Source of the DNA: an uncultured Bacteroidales bacterium
GTDB taxonomy: Bacteria; Bacteroidota; Bacteroidia; Bacteroidales; GCA-2748055
NCBI GenBank assembly: GCA_963809925.1
Contig: CAWELH010000005.1
Coordinates: forward strand, 87,196-151,195
DNA: 64,000 nucleotides
Direction: 5' to 3'
Positions 38,816-51,246 of this stretch are shown piece by piece (position 1 is the first letter of the stretch; each line of letters starts with the position of its first letter). The position numbers were made by a program, and so were the translations under genes. The notes below the pieces were generated by a model that was not told the origin of the DNA, did not search any database, and saw only the letters and a list, made by a program, of their open reading frames with translations.

Positions 38816-40417
38816 ATGAATTCATCCAAACAAAATTTTGTGCTAATTATTATCCTGACGCTCGTGGCGACACTTGGCGGCCTCCTGTTCGGATACGATA
38901 CCGCCGTGATCAATGGCGCCATCAAAGCACTCGATAGTTTTTTTATTCAGCCGTTACACGACAACCTGGAGCTTTCGGTGAAGGTGATCATAGAATTTAA
39001 GGTGGCTGCGACAATTTGCTTCGGCATTGTTGCGATTCTGGTAAGCAGCTTCTTCTACCGTCTGTTTGGCACAGGTAGAGGTAGCCTTTACAGCCTTATC
39101 TTCCTGGTAGTTGTTGGTGCAGTTGTTTATTTCAAATTCCTTGCGCTACCGAATGAACTCACTGAGAATATGGCCAATTCAATTAGCGGTTTTACGATTG
39201 CCAGTGCACTGCTTGGATGTATTATCGGGGGTTCTTTAGGAGGCTACATTAGTCAGACTGCCGGTCGTAAAAAAGGACTGTTATTGGCTGCGGCACTGTT
39301 TCTCATTTCCGCTGTGGGCTCAGCCATCCCCGATAGAATGAATTTTCTTGGTGCAGAGGTCATAAGCAGCTTCATCTTTTATCGGGTAATTGGAGGTATC
39401 GGTGTCGGCCTGGCATCAATGCTCTCCCCCATGTATATTGCAGAAATAGCTCCGGCAAATATCAGGGGCAAGCTCGTCTCCTGGAACCAGTTTGCCATTA
39501 TCTTCGGAATGTTGGTTGTCTATTTTGTTAATTTTTTCATCGCCAGAGGCCGGGAGCCCTCGTGGATCATTCAGACAGGATGGAGATGGATGTTTGCATC
39601 CGAAACGATACCTGCCACACTCTTTTTTATTCTTTTGTTCCTCGTACCCGAAACACCAAGGTTCCTTGTAATGAAGAACAAGGAAGACCAGGCCCTGCAG
39701 CTGCTTAATCGTCTGACAGGACCATCAAGAGCCGGTGAAGTCCTGGAAGATATCAGGAAATCTCTGGTCAATAAGAAAACACCCTGGTTGAGCTACGGAG
39801 GCATGGTCATTGTTATCGGGATCTTTCTGTCTGTCTTTCAGCAGTTCGTTGGGATAAACGTGGTCCTGTACTATGCCTCCAGTATTTTCAGCAACATGGG
39901 AAGCGATACCGATGCATCGCTTCTTCAAACCATCATCGTTGGTGCGGTTAACCTGGTCTTTACCGTCCTGGCCATTCTTACCGTCGATAAATTTGGCCGG
40001 AAACCACTTCAGATCATCGGGGCGCTTGGAATGGCAGTCAGTATGATATGTCTTGGATTCAGTTTCTACTTCAATAATATCGGAATCGTATCCTTGATAT
40101 TCATGCTTTTTTATACCGCCTTTTTCGCAATGTCATGGGGGCCGGTAACCTGGGTGCTGCTCTCGGAGATTTTCCCGAACTCCATCCGTGGTGCGATGTC
40201 GATTGCTGTGGCCGCTCAGTGGATAGCAAATCTCGTAATTTCGTGGACCTTTCCCATAATGGATGGAAACCCCTGGCTCACTGAGACCTTCCACAAAGGC
40301 TTTGCCTACTGGATTTATGGTGTGATGGGATTACTCGCCGCCTTGTTCGTTTGGAAGCTGGTACCTGAAACAAAGGGGAAAACGCTTGAGGATATGGAAG
40401 GGATGTGGAAAAAATAG
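38816..40417 (+). CDS. xylE: D-xylose:H+ symporter (sugar porter MFS) with a 2-TM insertion
   Basis: VATLGGLLFGYDTAVI, PMYIAEIAPA.IRGKL, GWRWMF, PETPR, QQFVGINVVLYYA, PETKGKTLE; ATG at 38816. Confidence 0.93.
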   Translation: MNSSKQNFVLIIILTLVATLGGLLFGYDTAVINGAIKALDSFFIQPLHDNLELSVKVIIEFKVAATICFGIVAILVSSFFYRLFGTGRGSLYSLIFLVVVGAVVYFKFLALPNELTENMANSISGFTIASALLGCIIGGSLGGYISQTAGRKKGLLLAAALFLISAVGSAIPDRMNFLGAEVISSFIFYRVIGGIGVGLASMLSPMYIAEIAPANIRGKLVSWNQFAIIFGMLVVYFVNFFIARGREPSWIIQTGWRWMFASETIPATLFFILLFLVPETPRFLVMKNKEDQALQLLNRLTGPSRAGEVLEDIRKSLVNKKTPWLSYGGMVIVIGIFLSVFQQFVGINVVLYYASSIFSNMGSDTDASLLQTIIVGAVNLVFTVLAILTVDKFGRKPLQIIGALGMAVSMICLGFSFYFNNIGIVSLIFMLFYTAFFAMSWGPVTWVLLSEIFPNSIRGAMSIAVAAQWIANLVISWTFPIMDGNPWLTETFHKGFAYWIYGVMGLLAALFVWKLVPETKGKTLEDMEGMWKK

Positions 40418-40503
40418 GCGTCTACCGAATGTGTATTTAACCGGGAGGGTATTTCTTAAGACCATAGTAAAACGGCTTAACCCTTTAGATTGCAAGTACC
40501 AAA

Positions 40504-41829
40504 CTATTTTTTATTGAGTTCCCTCTGCCTGGTGATCACGGATTTAACAGGATTAACAATCCGTTCCAACAACCTTGCATCGTCGGTGATGATCTCTGCT
40601 TCACCCTGCATTTCCTGTGTGAAGCTAACTTCGTTTCCATAGGTAGTTTTCAGTCCCCCGGGTAAGCCAACCAGAACAGAATAGGCATTATCACTCGCCA
40701 CAAGGGAGATATTCCTTATCTTTCCCTTCACGATACCGTATTCCATATAAGGGAAATTGGCAAATTTAATATTGACATCCTGGCCCGGTTTTACCCTTCC
40801 TGATCCTGAGATGGGCAGTTCCATCTTCCCGATGATCTCTCCGGCATCTTCAGGTATCACGGTCATAACCACGCTTCCTTCCCTGACATTCTGATTGGCG
40901 CTCCAAAATTGGGTGAAACTGACAATACCGTCAATACTGGATCGGAGAACATATTTCTGGTCCCATGAATCAACGGATGCAGTTAGATTATCGAACGCTT
41001 CGATGACTTGCAGCTGAAGTTTTCCCGTTTCATCATTTTTTTGAAGTTCAAGGTCAAGGATGAGCTGTCCAAGTTTAGATATCTCTATCTCATTGTTCAT
41101 CAAAACGCTCCTGGATTCTTCATAAGCTCGTTGTTTAACCAGAAAAGCCGACTTGGAGCGTTCAAAATCAGCCTGCGGGATTACCCCCTGGTTATGGAGT
41201 GTCGAATCACGACTGAACTGGTTCTGAGCCAGGCTCACCTCATCGCTTATGATTTGGCTTTGCTTTTTAAGGGTCCAGGAATAGGCGCGGTATCTTTTAA
41301 TCTCCTCCCTTACCGATTCGATCTTCTGATCATGGTAATCGAGTTTGATAAAATTCAGCAGGTCTTCATATTGCTTCAGAAAGTTGGCATACACCGACTG
41401 GATATCTCCCAGCTTCAGGTTTCCCGGAAAGTGAAATAGGGTATCGCTGCCTGGCGCATCAAGGAGAAGGCGGTAGGTATCAAGACTGCTTCTAAGACGT
41501 TCAAGATCGGTAAAATCGGTTGTAGATTCTATAAGTGCCATGATCTGGCCAGCGGAAACTTTCTCATTGTCTTCAACAAGAAGTGTCGCAATACGGCCGT
41601 CGGTCCTGGCTACCGCGCTGTAGGGTGGATTTTCGGTCGTAACATAGATCTTTTTCGCCTTGATAATGTATGGATATTTGAAAACCCAGCTGCCTAGCAG
41701 GATGAGAGAAATGGTAAAGAACAACAGGAGGATACCCCATCTTACAATCCAATGCGGGATATGGCCGAGAATTTCCTGTACTTCTTCACTTCTTAGATCC
41801 ACGGAATTTTTCAGATTGTCGTCAGGCAT
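40504..41829 (-). CDS. HlyD-family type I secretion membrane-fusion (adaptor) protein
   Basis: LRSEEVQEILG.IP.WIVRWG N-terminus, single TM, long coiled coil, FPYMEYGIVKG, GEAEIITDD..LLERI. Own TAAATTTG box at 41886-41893 (minus strand). Confidence 0.88.
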   Translation of the reverse strand: MPDDNLKNSVDLRSEEVQEILGHIPHWIVRWGILLLFFTISLILLGSWVFKYPYIIKAKKIYVTTENPPYSAVARTDGRIATLLVEDNEKVSAGQIMALIESTTDFTDLERLRSSLDTYRLLLDAPGSDTLFHFPGNLKLGDIQSVYANFLKQYEDLLNFIKLDYHDQKIESVREEIKRYRAYSWTLKKQSQIISDEVSLAQNQFSRDSTLHNQGVIPQADFERSKSAFLVKQRAYEESRSVLMNNEIEISKLGQLILDLELQKNDETGKLQLQVIEAFDNLTASVDSWDQKYVLRSSIDGIVSFTQFWSANQNVREGSVVMTVIPEDAGEIIGKMELPISGSGRVKPGQDVNIKFANFPYMEYGIVKGKIRNISLVASDNAYSVLVGLPGGLKTTYGNEVSFTQEMQGEAEIITDDARLLERIVNPVKSVITRQRELNKK

Positions 41830-41970
41830 AGGATCACTGTTCAGTATTAGAGGGTATTAAATTACACATTTTTTTATTCCGGATCCAAATTTAAGGAAAA
41901 ATGGCCTCTGAATGTCAGGTGGAGACGATAACATAGCCAGCCATCGACTGCGCAAAAACGGTCGGAAGCG

Positions 41971-41997
41971 AAAAATCTCCCCATAATGGGAAGATTT
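41971..41997 (-). terminator. Probable intrinsic terminator after gyrB
   Basis: Minus-strand hairpin AAATCTTCCCA-TTA-TGGGGAGATTT ending in a T run, about 60 bp after the gyrB stop. Confidence 0.45.
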
Positions 41998-42059
41998 GAA
42001 TAGGTATTTATGGATTGACTCGTTCCGGTAACTATGTTACCTCCACTGCCATTCGCTCA

Positions 42060-44105
<2,046 letters not shown>

Positions 44106-44477
44106 TTAATGAAGACATAAGCATCCGGTAAGAATCATCATAGTTTGATCCTGCTGGTTCATATTCCGGCTTGTGATTTTGGTAGTTTGAAACTGCCTTC
44201 CGGGCAGTTGTTTATGAAGGCCTTCCCAAGGCCGCTGAATCTTATATAAAACGGTCTGAATTTCAAAGTTTTACATTAACCATCCAACATCACTAAATTT
44301 CATATCAAAGGTACAAAAATCCGATGGCTTTTCCTCGATAAAAATAAAGTATTTTGAATGGTTTTTCAACAAAGAATTAACAACGTAATATCCTAAAATT
44401 CAGTTGTTTATAAATAAATTTTTGGAATGATTTCTTCCCTGCGTTTTACGAATTCGTAAATGTTTGTAATACACTGA

Positions 44478-46124
44478 TTACAAGGCGTATGTAAATCCGA
44501 TCATGGCCTGGAAACGCTGAGCAGGGTACTGATTCCATATCTGATATTTGGATGCTGTGAGATTATTCAGTCTGAGAAAGAAAGAAAGAAGCTTCGTGTA
44601 GCGGTATTCCACCGAAAGATTTGCATCAAGAAAGGGCTTTAGTTCAATATCGTCGGGAATACCGGGGGCAAAGCGGGTACCGGTAAGAAAGAGTCCGGCA
44701 TCAACGAGTATTTTGTCACGCAGATTATAGGATGCACCCAGCGTAGCATCGAAATCGGGTCTGTGCCAGGGATGCGCCAGGCTGTCAAGATTGTAATGAT
44801 AGTAATTCCCCCTGAGAACGATCTGTAGCTTGTCGTTTTGGTTCCATGTGACCTCCGCAGAGGGATTCAGCAAGCCGGCATTGTCGTACTGTACGGTGTA
44901 CTGATTCTGTAAAACAGAGCTCGTGTCCGGTACGAAAAAGTACATATCGCTCACCTGTGAATAGGACAGCTTGAAATCAAATGACATCTTGGAGCTGTAC
45001 TTTCCCTTTAGTCCGAAATAGCCGTTCATCCCATAATCACTGTTCATAACAGAGAGACCGGGAACGATGTATGGATTTTCAAACAGAATTTTCCTGTAGC
45101 TGTTGATTTCACGGTATCCGTCAATACCCATATAAGGGATAAGAACATTTTTTACAATAGTGAACTGAAACCGTGCTTTCGGGTAAATGTGTATGGCGCC
45201 TCCATCCCGGATATCCGTTGTAGTATTTAATCCCAGCATGAAGGTCCATTCATCGCCCGATTTGGATACGAATGGGTTAACCCTGACCACCAGGTTATCT
45301 GAAGAGTCAATGGTGACAGATTTCCCGTAATAGTCCACACCCATGTCAAGTCCTGAATACCAGTCACCAATGAAATCCTCGAGCTTTGCATTGATACTGA
45401 TCGCATTCTCCGTATTTTTGAAAGCATCATGGGTAAGCTGATAATCCAATCCGAAATTATACTTAAAATGCAGCGAATCGGGATAGCTTGAATACCATGA
45501 TACGCCGGCACCCGCTGAATAAATTTTCTGTCGTATATCTTTTTTATTAAGAATGGTATCCAACTCAGGATTGTAACCATAGTATAACACTGAATTGTAC
45601 CCACCGGTGACATGACCCTCAACCACTGATCTATAGAACATATGTCTCCCGTAAAGCTCCCCGATATTGTCGCTATAGGAGGCCGGTACTCTCACGTCAT
45701 TCTCCAGCTTTACTTTTCCCGCCGACGACTGATGATTCAGGTAAAGGCCGAACGCATTTTTCCTTGATCTCAACTGATTAACAGTTAGTTCCGCAAATGG
45801 AGTGAAGTAATTTCCGAGGCCCAGTGACAGTTGACTTTTGTATAACCTTTCAAGGGGAAGTCCAACCATCCTTGCCGGCTGAATTGGCCTGACACTGAAA
45901 TGGGTACCGTAGCGTTTTGGTGTGATGGAATAGTCAAAATTGGTTGAAATGCGGGTTGAGTCGCTAAATTTTGGCAACAGGTTTATCTTTTGAGCATCCG
46001 ACAATGTTGGGTTATATGGTTTTACCACCCTGACTTCCTTGTCGATCTGCTCCTGCGAAAAAGCTCCGAATGATAGTAGAGCCAGAACTGTCAAAATGTA
46101 TATGCGCTTAAGGTATGATTTCAT
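44478..46124 (-). CDS. Outer-membrane beta-barrel protein (TonB-dependent-receptor-like C-terminus)
   Basis: Signal peptide, VRVVKPYNPTLSDA.KI, alternating aromatic beta strands, LNNL...Y, terminal GFTYAL. Confidence 0.7.
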   Translation of the reverse strand: MKSYLKRIYILTVLALLSFGAFSQEQIDKEVRVVKPYNPTLSDAQKINLLPKFSDSTRISTNFDYSITPKRYGTHFSVRPIQPARMVGLPLERLYKSQLSLGLGNYFTPFAELTVNQLRSRKNAFGLYLNHQSSAGKVKLENDVRVPASYSDNIGELYGRHMFYRSVVEGHVTGGYNSVLYYGYNPELDTILNKKDIRQKIYSAGAGVSWYSSYPDSLHFKYNFGLDYQLTHDAFKNTENAISINAKLEDFIGDWYSGLDMGVDYYGKSVTIDSSDNLVVRVNPFVSKSGDEWTFMLGLNTTTDIRDGGAIHIYPKARFQFTIVKNVLIPYMGIDGYREINSYRKILFENPYIVPGLSVMNSDYGMNGYFGLKGKYSSKMSFDFKLSYSQVSDMYFFVPDTSSVLQNQYTVQYDNAGLLNPSAEVTWNQNDKLQIVLRGNYYHYNLDSLAHPWHRPDFDATLGASYNLRDKILVDAGLFLTGTRFAPGIPDDIELKPFLDANLSVEYRYTKLLSFFLRLNNLTASKYQIWNQYPAQRFQAMIGFTYAL

Positions 46125-46150
46125 AACACAAACGTTCAGGTTTTAATCGA

Positions 46151-49100
46151 CTAATTCAATCTATCCGGTTCACTGTTGAGGCTGTCTGATGGTGCCGGTT
46201 TATTTTCCTCATCAACACGGTTGGTGATTGCCTTCTTTCTTTTGATGGCTTCAGACTTGATGCCGTCATCATCTGCCGTATAATAATTAATTATGCTCTC
46301 CAGGGTTTGTACAGCCTGAAAATCATCATTTTTCGACAGGTAGATATCTGACAAGAGCAAAAAGGCTTTCCCCATCCAGAACTGATGCGGTGTGTTCATA
46401 TCGATGAACTCGAAAATCTCTTTCTCAGCCTTTGCAATATCCTTGCGATTATAATCGATTTCTGCAGTGCGGTATTTTGCTTCAGCGCCCTGTTCACTAT
46501 TCACTTCACCCGATATTCTAGTGTACCAGTCGTAAGCCGCAGGCATATCATTCTGTTTAAAATAGGCATCGGCGATAAGGTACCTCGCTTCTCTTGCTAC
46601 GGATGGTTCAAGCTTTGCCTGAAGAAGAACCTGGTTTGCAGCGTTGATGGTATTCTGATATTCCCCAAGTTTGGCATAAGAACGCATCAGTCCTGTCTCT
46701 GCTTCATTGATGTTGGCCTTATTCTCCCCCAGAGTGACGAGTTTTTGATAAATACCGGCGGCCCGGTTATAATCTTCCTTGCCGTAAGCAATCCGTGAAG
46801 CCGCCACCAGGGCAGGTTCAGTAAACATGTTAGCAGGCTGATCGATAATATACAGGAGGGAACTGAAGGCATCATCGGGCCTCTTGAGTTTTAAAAGGCA
46901 GTCGGCTCTGTAGTAGTTGGCATTGAGGAGGAAAGCCCCGTTCGGGAAACGCCCGATGTAATTATTAAGGTCGCCCACAGCCTTTTCGCAGTTCCCTGCC
47001 AGGTAGGTATTTTCAGCGGAGGCATAGAGCAGGGAATCCTGTTCTGTTATAGAGACTCCCTGTCCGATCTCCTTTACATAGCTAAGATAGCCATCCACAT
47101 CATTCAGATCGACATAAATATCCTTGACGGATTTCAGAGCATTGGATGATTCAGGCGAACCCGGATAGTCATTGATCACCTTTTTGTAATACTTCAGCGC
47201 TTCATCGTTACGTCCGGCATTCCGTAAGATCAGCCCGAGCTGAACAAGTGTCCTGCTAAGATAATTGCTGCCGGGATAATCAGAAACGATCATCGAATAA
47301 TTCTGCTCAGCCTGAATCGGATTGTTCAGCAGTAAATAAGTCCTGCCCAGTTCATACAATGCATCATCGTAATATGCTGACTGGGGATACTTCGACCGCA
47401 GTTCATTGAGAGTCTCGATCTTTCTCTCTGGCCTGTCGACCAGGCCAAGTGTGAATGCTTTCTGGTAGTAGGCATAGTCTACATCGGCTTTACCAAGACC
47501 AATAACCTTATCGTAATAATCGATGGCCTGCCAGTAACTCGACTGAACAAAGCGGCAATCACCCAGCCGGTTGTATGCATCGGCAAGTGTCACTGAATTG
47601 CTTCGCTGTTCCAGATTCACATATTTCATGAACCAGCCTTCCGCCTTTTGATAGTTCTTTCTTGAAAATTCCAGGTATCCCATACTATAGTTTACATTCC
47701 GGTATTCGTCTGTACTCACCGATACAGGCTCATCAATAAAAAGCTGATAATAATCTTCCGCCGTACCCGGATCGTTCATCCTGTAGTAGGCTTCAGCCAG
47801 CCAGTAGTACGTCCTGGCCTTGATAACCGCATCATACTTTGCATACTTCAGGGCTTTATCAAGTACCGAAATAACATCATTAAACCTTAGGTTGGTGAAT
47901 AGTTCAAGACCCCGGAAGAAGGCTACTCTTTGGTACGCCTTCTCAATTTCACTGTCCTTGTCCTTTATCTTCTCCAGTGATTCCAATGCCATGCGATAAT
48001 TCCTGGTATTCATATAAGCCATCACAAGGTAATGGTAGGCTTCGTCGATGCGTCTGGACGCGGGATACTGGGTGATATAGGCGTTGAATCCGCGTATCGC
48101 TTCATTGAAAGGTGTGTACGACAGTTCATACGTTACCTTTGCATAATTGAACAGGGCATCTTCCTTTATCGTCTGGTCAAAGTCAAGTCTTGCGGCCGAA
48201 GCAAATGCAGCGCGGGCTTTATTTTTTTCACCAAGTTTAATATAACACCCGGCAAGGTGATAGAGGGCACTCTGACTTATTTCTGAATTATTCAGCGATA
48301 TCCGCTCAAAAATTTCCGAAGCTTCCTGGTATTTACCGTTCATGAAATAGGCATAAGCCAGCTGATATTTATCTTCGATGGATATCTTTCCCACGGCGTC
48401 CCGGTATTGCTCAAGGAAAGGCACAGATTCTTCGTAACGCCCGAGGTAAAAGTATGATTCGCCAATGATCTTTGACATTTCCGCAGCCCGCTTTTCACTA
48501 ACGGTTTCCATCAGGGGTGGCGCAAACTCAATCACTTTTTCAAATTTTCTCTGTAAATAATAGATCTGTGCGATATAGTAAGGAGCCACCGGTGAGAAAG
48601 TCTCATCATCAAGAAGTTTCAAAAATCCCTGCAATGATGTCTCGTAATTCTCCTGGATGTAGGCAATATGTGAGTAATAATAGAGCGCAGGTGCAGAATA
48701 TTTAGTATCCGTATCTTTTATCTCGTAGAAGTCGACACGGGCATTCTCATAATCATTACGCATATAATAAGCATAGCCTCTCTGGAAATAAAATTCTGAA
48801 AGCTCTTCGGCATTCAGAAAAAATCGATCAACTTTATTGTAGTAAGTGATGGTTTTTGGCCAGTCTTTCTTGATATACATATAGTTGGCCAGTCTGAAAT
48901 ACGCACGGTTTATAAGCTGGCTCTCAGGGTTTTCCTTAACAAAACGGTAAACCAGGTATTCGGCATCGAGATTTTGCAGTTCAACGGAGCACATTGCCAG
49001 GTAATACTGCGCCTCCGCCTTCAGTTCCGATTTCCCGTTCTCTGAACTCTCCAGTGATTTCTCAAAAAATTTTTTCGCTGCACCGTACTTCTCCTTTTCA

Positions 49101-49231
49101 TACAATCCCTTACCCTTGTCAAAATTCTCGCCCGTGTAGGTATATATCTCCGATTTTTGCGAAAAAACAATTTGAGCCCCTGATAACACCATAAAAACCA
49201 CCAGGGAAATCAGATATTTTTGTTTAATCAT
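46151..49231 (-). CDS. Large exported tetratricopeptide-repeat protein
   Basis: Signal peptide; many TPR-like helical repeats (A.Y.LG..Y..., YP.S.Y...A); 1026 aa. Confidence 0.88.
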   Translation of the reverse strand: MIKQKYLISLVVFMVLSGAQIVFSQKSEIYTYTGENFDKGKGLYEKEKYGAAKKFFEKSLESSENGKSELKAEAQYYLAMCSVELQNLDAEYLVYRFVKENPESQLINRAYFRLANYMYIKKDWPKTITYYNKVDRFFLNAEELSEFYFQRGYAYYMRNDYENARVDFYEIKDTDTKYSAPALYYYSHIAYIQENYETSLQGFLKLLDDETFSPVAPYYIAQIYYLQRKFEKVIEFAPPLMETVSEKRAAEMSKIIGESYFYLGRYEESVPFLEQYRDAVGKISIEDKYQLAYAYFMNGKYQEASEIFERISLNNSEISQSALYHLAGCYIKLGEKNKARAAFASAARLDFDQTIKEDALFNYAKVTYELSYTPFNEAIRGFNAYITQYPASRRIDEAYHYLVMAYMNTRNYRMALESLEKIKDKDSEIEKAYQRVAFFRGLELFTNLRFNDVISVLDKALKYAKYDAVIKARTYYWLAEAYYRMNDPGTAEDYYQLFIDEPVSVSTDEYRNVNYSMGYLEFSRKNYQKAEGWFMKYVNLEQRSNSVTLADAYNRLGDCRFVQSSYWQAIDYYDKVIGLGKADVDYAYYQKAFTLGLVDRPERKIETLNELRSKYPQSAYYDDALYELGRTYLLLNNPIQAEQNYSMIVSDYPGSNYLSRTLVQLGLILRNAGRNDEALKYYKKVINDYPGSPESSNALKSVKDIYVDLNDVDGYLSYVKEIGQGVSITEQDSLLYASAENTYLAGNCEKAVGDLNNYIGRFPNGAFLLNANYYRADCLLKLKRPDDAFSSLLYIIDQPANMFTEPALVAASRIAYGKEDYNRAAGIYQKLVTLGENKANINEAETGLMRSYAKLGEYQNTINAANQVLLQAKLEPSVAREARYLIADAYFKQNDMPAAYDWYTRISGEVNSEQGAEAKYRTAEIDYNRKDIAKAEKEIFEFIDMNTPHQFWMGKAFLLLSDIYLSKNDDFQAVQTLESIINYYTADDDGIKSEAIKRKKAITNRVDEENKPAPSDSLNSEPDRLN

Positions 49232-49298
49232 GCCAGTTTCTTTGAAGTATCGCGTAAAATTAAGAATAAATAGGCTTCACATCTGTCCTGCATTTTTT

Positions 49299-49326
49299 TT
49301 TAATTAACAAGGCCCTGTTAATTAAA
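49299..49326. promoter_or_regulatory. Perfect 11-bp inverted repeat between the divergent TPR gene and ftsE
   Basis: TTTAATTAACA-AGGCCC-TGTTAATTAAA. Confidence 0.45.
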
Positions 49327-49414
49327 GATTTTAATATTAGGTTCAGAAGACTGATATTTGTACCATTGAAATTTTAGATAAAGAACGAAAGAATAACACT
49401 AAAATTGCTTATTC

Positions 49415-50131
49415 ATGGCTCTCGACAACATCATTGAATTCCATACCGCATCAATACTCATTAAAGATCACCTCGTTTTATCCGATCTTGAATTTACTAT
49501 TCAGAAAGGTGAATTTGTTTATGTGATCGGAAAAGTCGGAAGTGGTAAAACCAGCCTGATCAAAACAATCAACGCCGAGATCCCGCTTAAGGAAGGCAGT
49601 GCGGTGGTCACCGGATTTAACCTTGAGTCAATAAAGCAAAAACAGGTCCCCTTCCTGAGGCGCAAACTGGGTATAGTCTTCCAGGATTTTCAATTGCTGA
49701 CCGACAGAACGGTAAATGAAAATCTTTCTTTTGTTCTGAAAGCTACGGGTTGGAAAGCAAAGGAAGATATCAACACCCGAATTGGAGAAGTGCTGGAGAA
49801 GGTCGGATTGGGTTTCAAAGGATACAAAATGCCACACCAGTTATCGGGAGGTGAACAGCAAAGGGTTGTAATCGCCAGGGCTTTACTCAATGATCCTGAA
49901 ATCATTCTTGCTGATGAGCCTACCGGAAATCTCGACCCTCAGACTTCCGAAGGCATTATGAACATCCTTACCGATATCAGTAAAAATGGAAGAGCCGTGG
50001 TTATGGCCACACATAACTACAACCTGTTGAAAAAATTTCCGGCAAGGATCTTTAAGTGTATCGATGGGAAAATCGTGGAAACAGATATGGATGATCCTGA
50101 AATTAAATTTTTAACCGGTCAGATGTCCTAG
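49415..50131 (+). CDS. ftsE: FtsE-like ABC ATP-binding protein
   Basis: GKVGSGKT, LRRKLGIVFQDFQLL, LSGGEQQR, ILADEPTGNLD, MATH. Confidence 0.85.
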   Translation: MALDNIIEFHTASILIKDHLVLSDLEFTIQKGEFVYVIGKVGSGKTSLIKTINAEIPLKEGSAVVTGFNLESIKQKQVPFLRRKLGIVFQDFQLLTDRTVNENLSFVLKATGWKAKEDINTRIGEVLEKVGLGFKGYKMPHQLSGGEQQRVVIARALLNDPEIILADEPTGNLDPQTSEGIMNILTDISKNGRAVVMATHNYNLLKKFPARIFKCIDGKIVETDMDDPEIKFLTGQMS

Positions 50132-51246
50132 GTGAAAAGGTAATCGCCGTCCCCATCCTGCATCACAAAATCTTTTCCACTGATCTTGGCAATCTGTTCA
50201 TCTATAGCAGTATACCTGATTTTCTCCAGGGAAGTGCGATACATTTTTGGATTAGCTTTGATAAACCTGACAAAAGCTTCATGAAAACTGACGATGACTT
50301 TATAGTTATCGTTGCGGAGAATGAAACGGTAGAGTTCGGAAAAAAATTCCTCTTCAAATTCGTGAGTATACCAGAGATAGGACGTTTTCACCGTACCGTC
50401 GCGGTATGTAAGAAGCGCGATACCTGCCCTGGTATCTGACTTCCGTATCTCCAGCCAGGAGTAACGGAAGTCAGATGCGTAAATGCTGAAGAAATAATGA
50501 GGTCGCAGCGCTTTGTATTCATTCTTATCCTGGGTCAGCCAGTGACTGTCCATCCACCATTCAATCTGCGATTTATCGGGTCTGGTAATGTCATGATGAG
50601 AATGCTCCTGTATAAACTTGATTTGGCTGTCAGAGGGAAAGTCGCTTTCAAGGGTGCTCCAATCCGTACTGGCTTGAATAAAAGCCCTGTGCCGTTTCTT
50701 TACCGATAGATTTAGCATCAGGTCATAAAGTCGAAACAAGCCTGTCACGGCCATGATATTCACCATTCGGCCGGGGAGTGATGTTTTCCTTATATTGACG
50801 GCTCGCTCGTGCATCGATGATCTCAGGCGTACAAGCACACCCTGCCTTTTCCTGATGATAAAACCTCCCAGGCTCTGAATTATAAGCATAGTCTGATGGC
50901 TCAGATCTGAAAACAGGACACGCCGGTTTGTAATTCTAAGAAATTCCATCAAAAGCGGCACCGAGACCTGGCCGCCATAGCGCGGGTCTGCATACCAGCA
51001 GGAATTCCAGAAAATTTTCTGATCAGGCCTTCCGTTTAGCAGCCCCGGAAGGATACCGGCAAATCCGCAAACATTGCCGGATGCGTCTTTTACGTATAGA
51101 AGAAGGATATCATCTTTCGCGGCAACGGGATTCAACGCCTGTCCACGGGCCCGCCAGGGTGTAATCGCAATGCCTGTACCGGGAGCTGCGGCCATGTCAT
51201 CTGCAACCTGAATGAGTTCATGTTGTTTTATCCTGATCAGTTCCAT
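50128..51246 (-). CDS. Hypothetical protein with a probable GNAT-like fold
   Basis: GFAGILP...WNSCWYADPRYGG resembles a GNAT motif A region. ATG 51246 overlaps the ACP stop by 1 nt. Confidence 0.55.
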   Translation of the reverse strand: MELIRIKQHELIQVADDMAAAPGTGIAITPWRARGQALNPVAAKDDILLLYVKDASGNVCGFAGILPGLLNGRPDQKIFWNSCWYADPRYGGQVSVPLLMEFLRITNRRVLFSDLSHQTMLIIQSLGGFIIRKRQGVLVRLRSSMHERAVNIRKTSLPGRMVNIMAVTGLFRLYDLMLNLSVKKRHRAFIQASTDWSTLESDFPSDSQIKFIQEHSHHDITRPDKSQIEWWMDSHWLTQDKNEYKALRPHYFFSIYASDFRYSWLEIRKSDTRAGIALLTYRDGTVKTSYLWYTHEFEEEFFSELYRFILRNDNYKVIVSFHEAFVRFIKANPKMYRTSLEKIRYTAIDEQIAKISGKDFVMQDGDGDYLFT

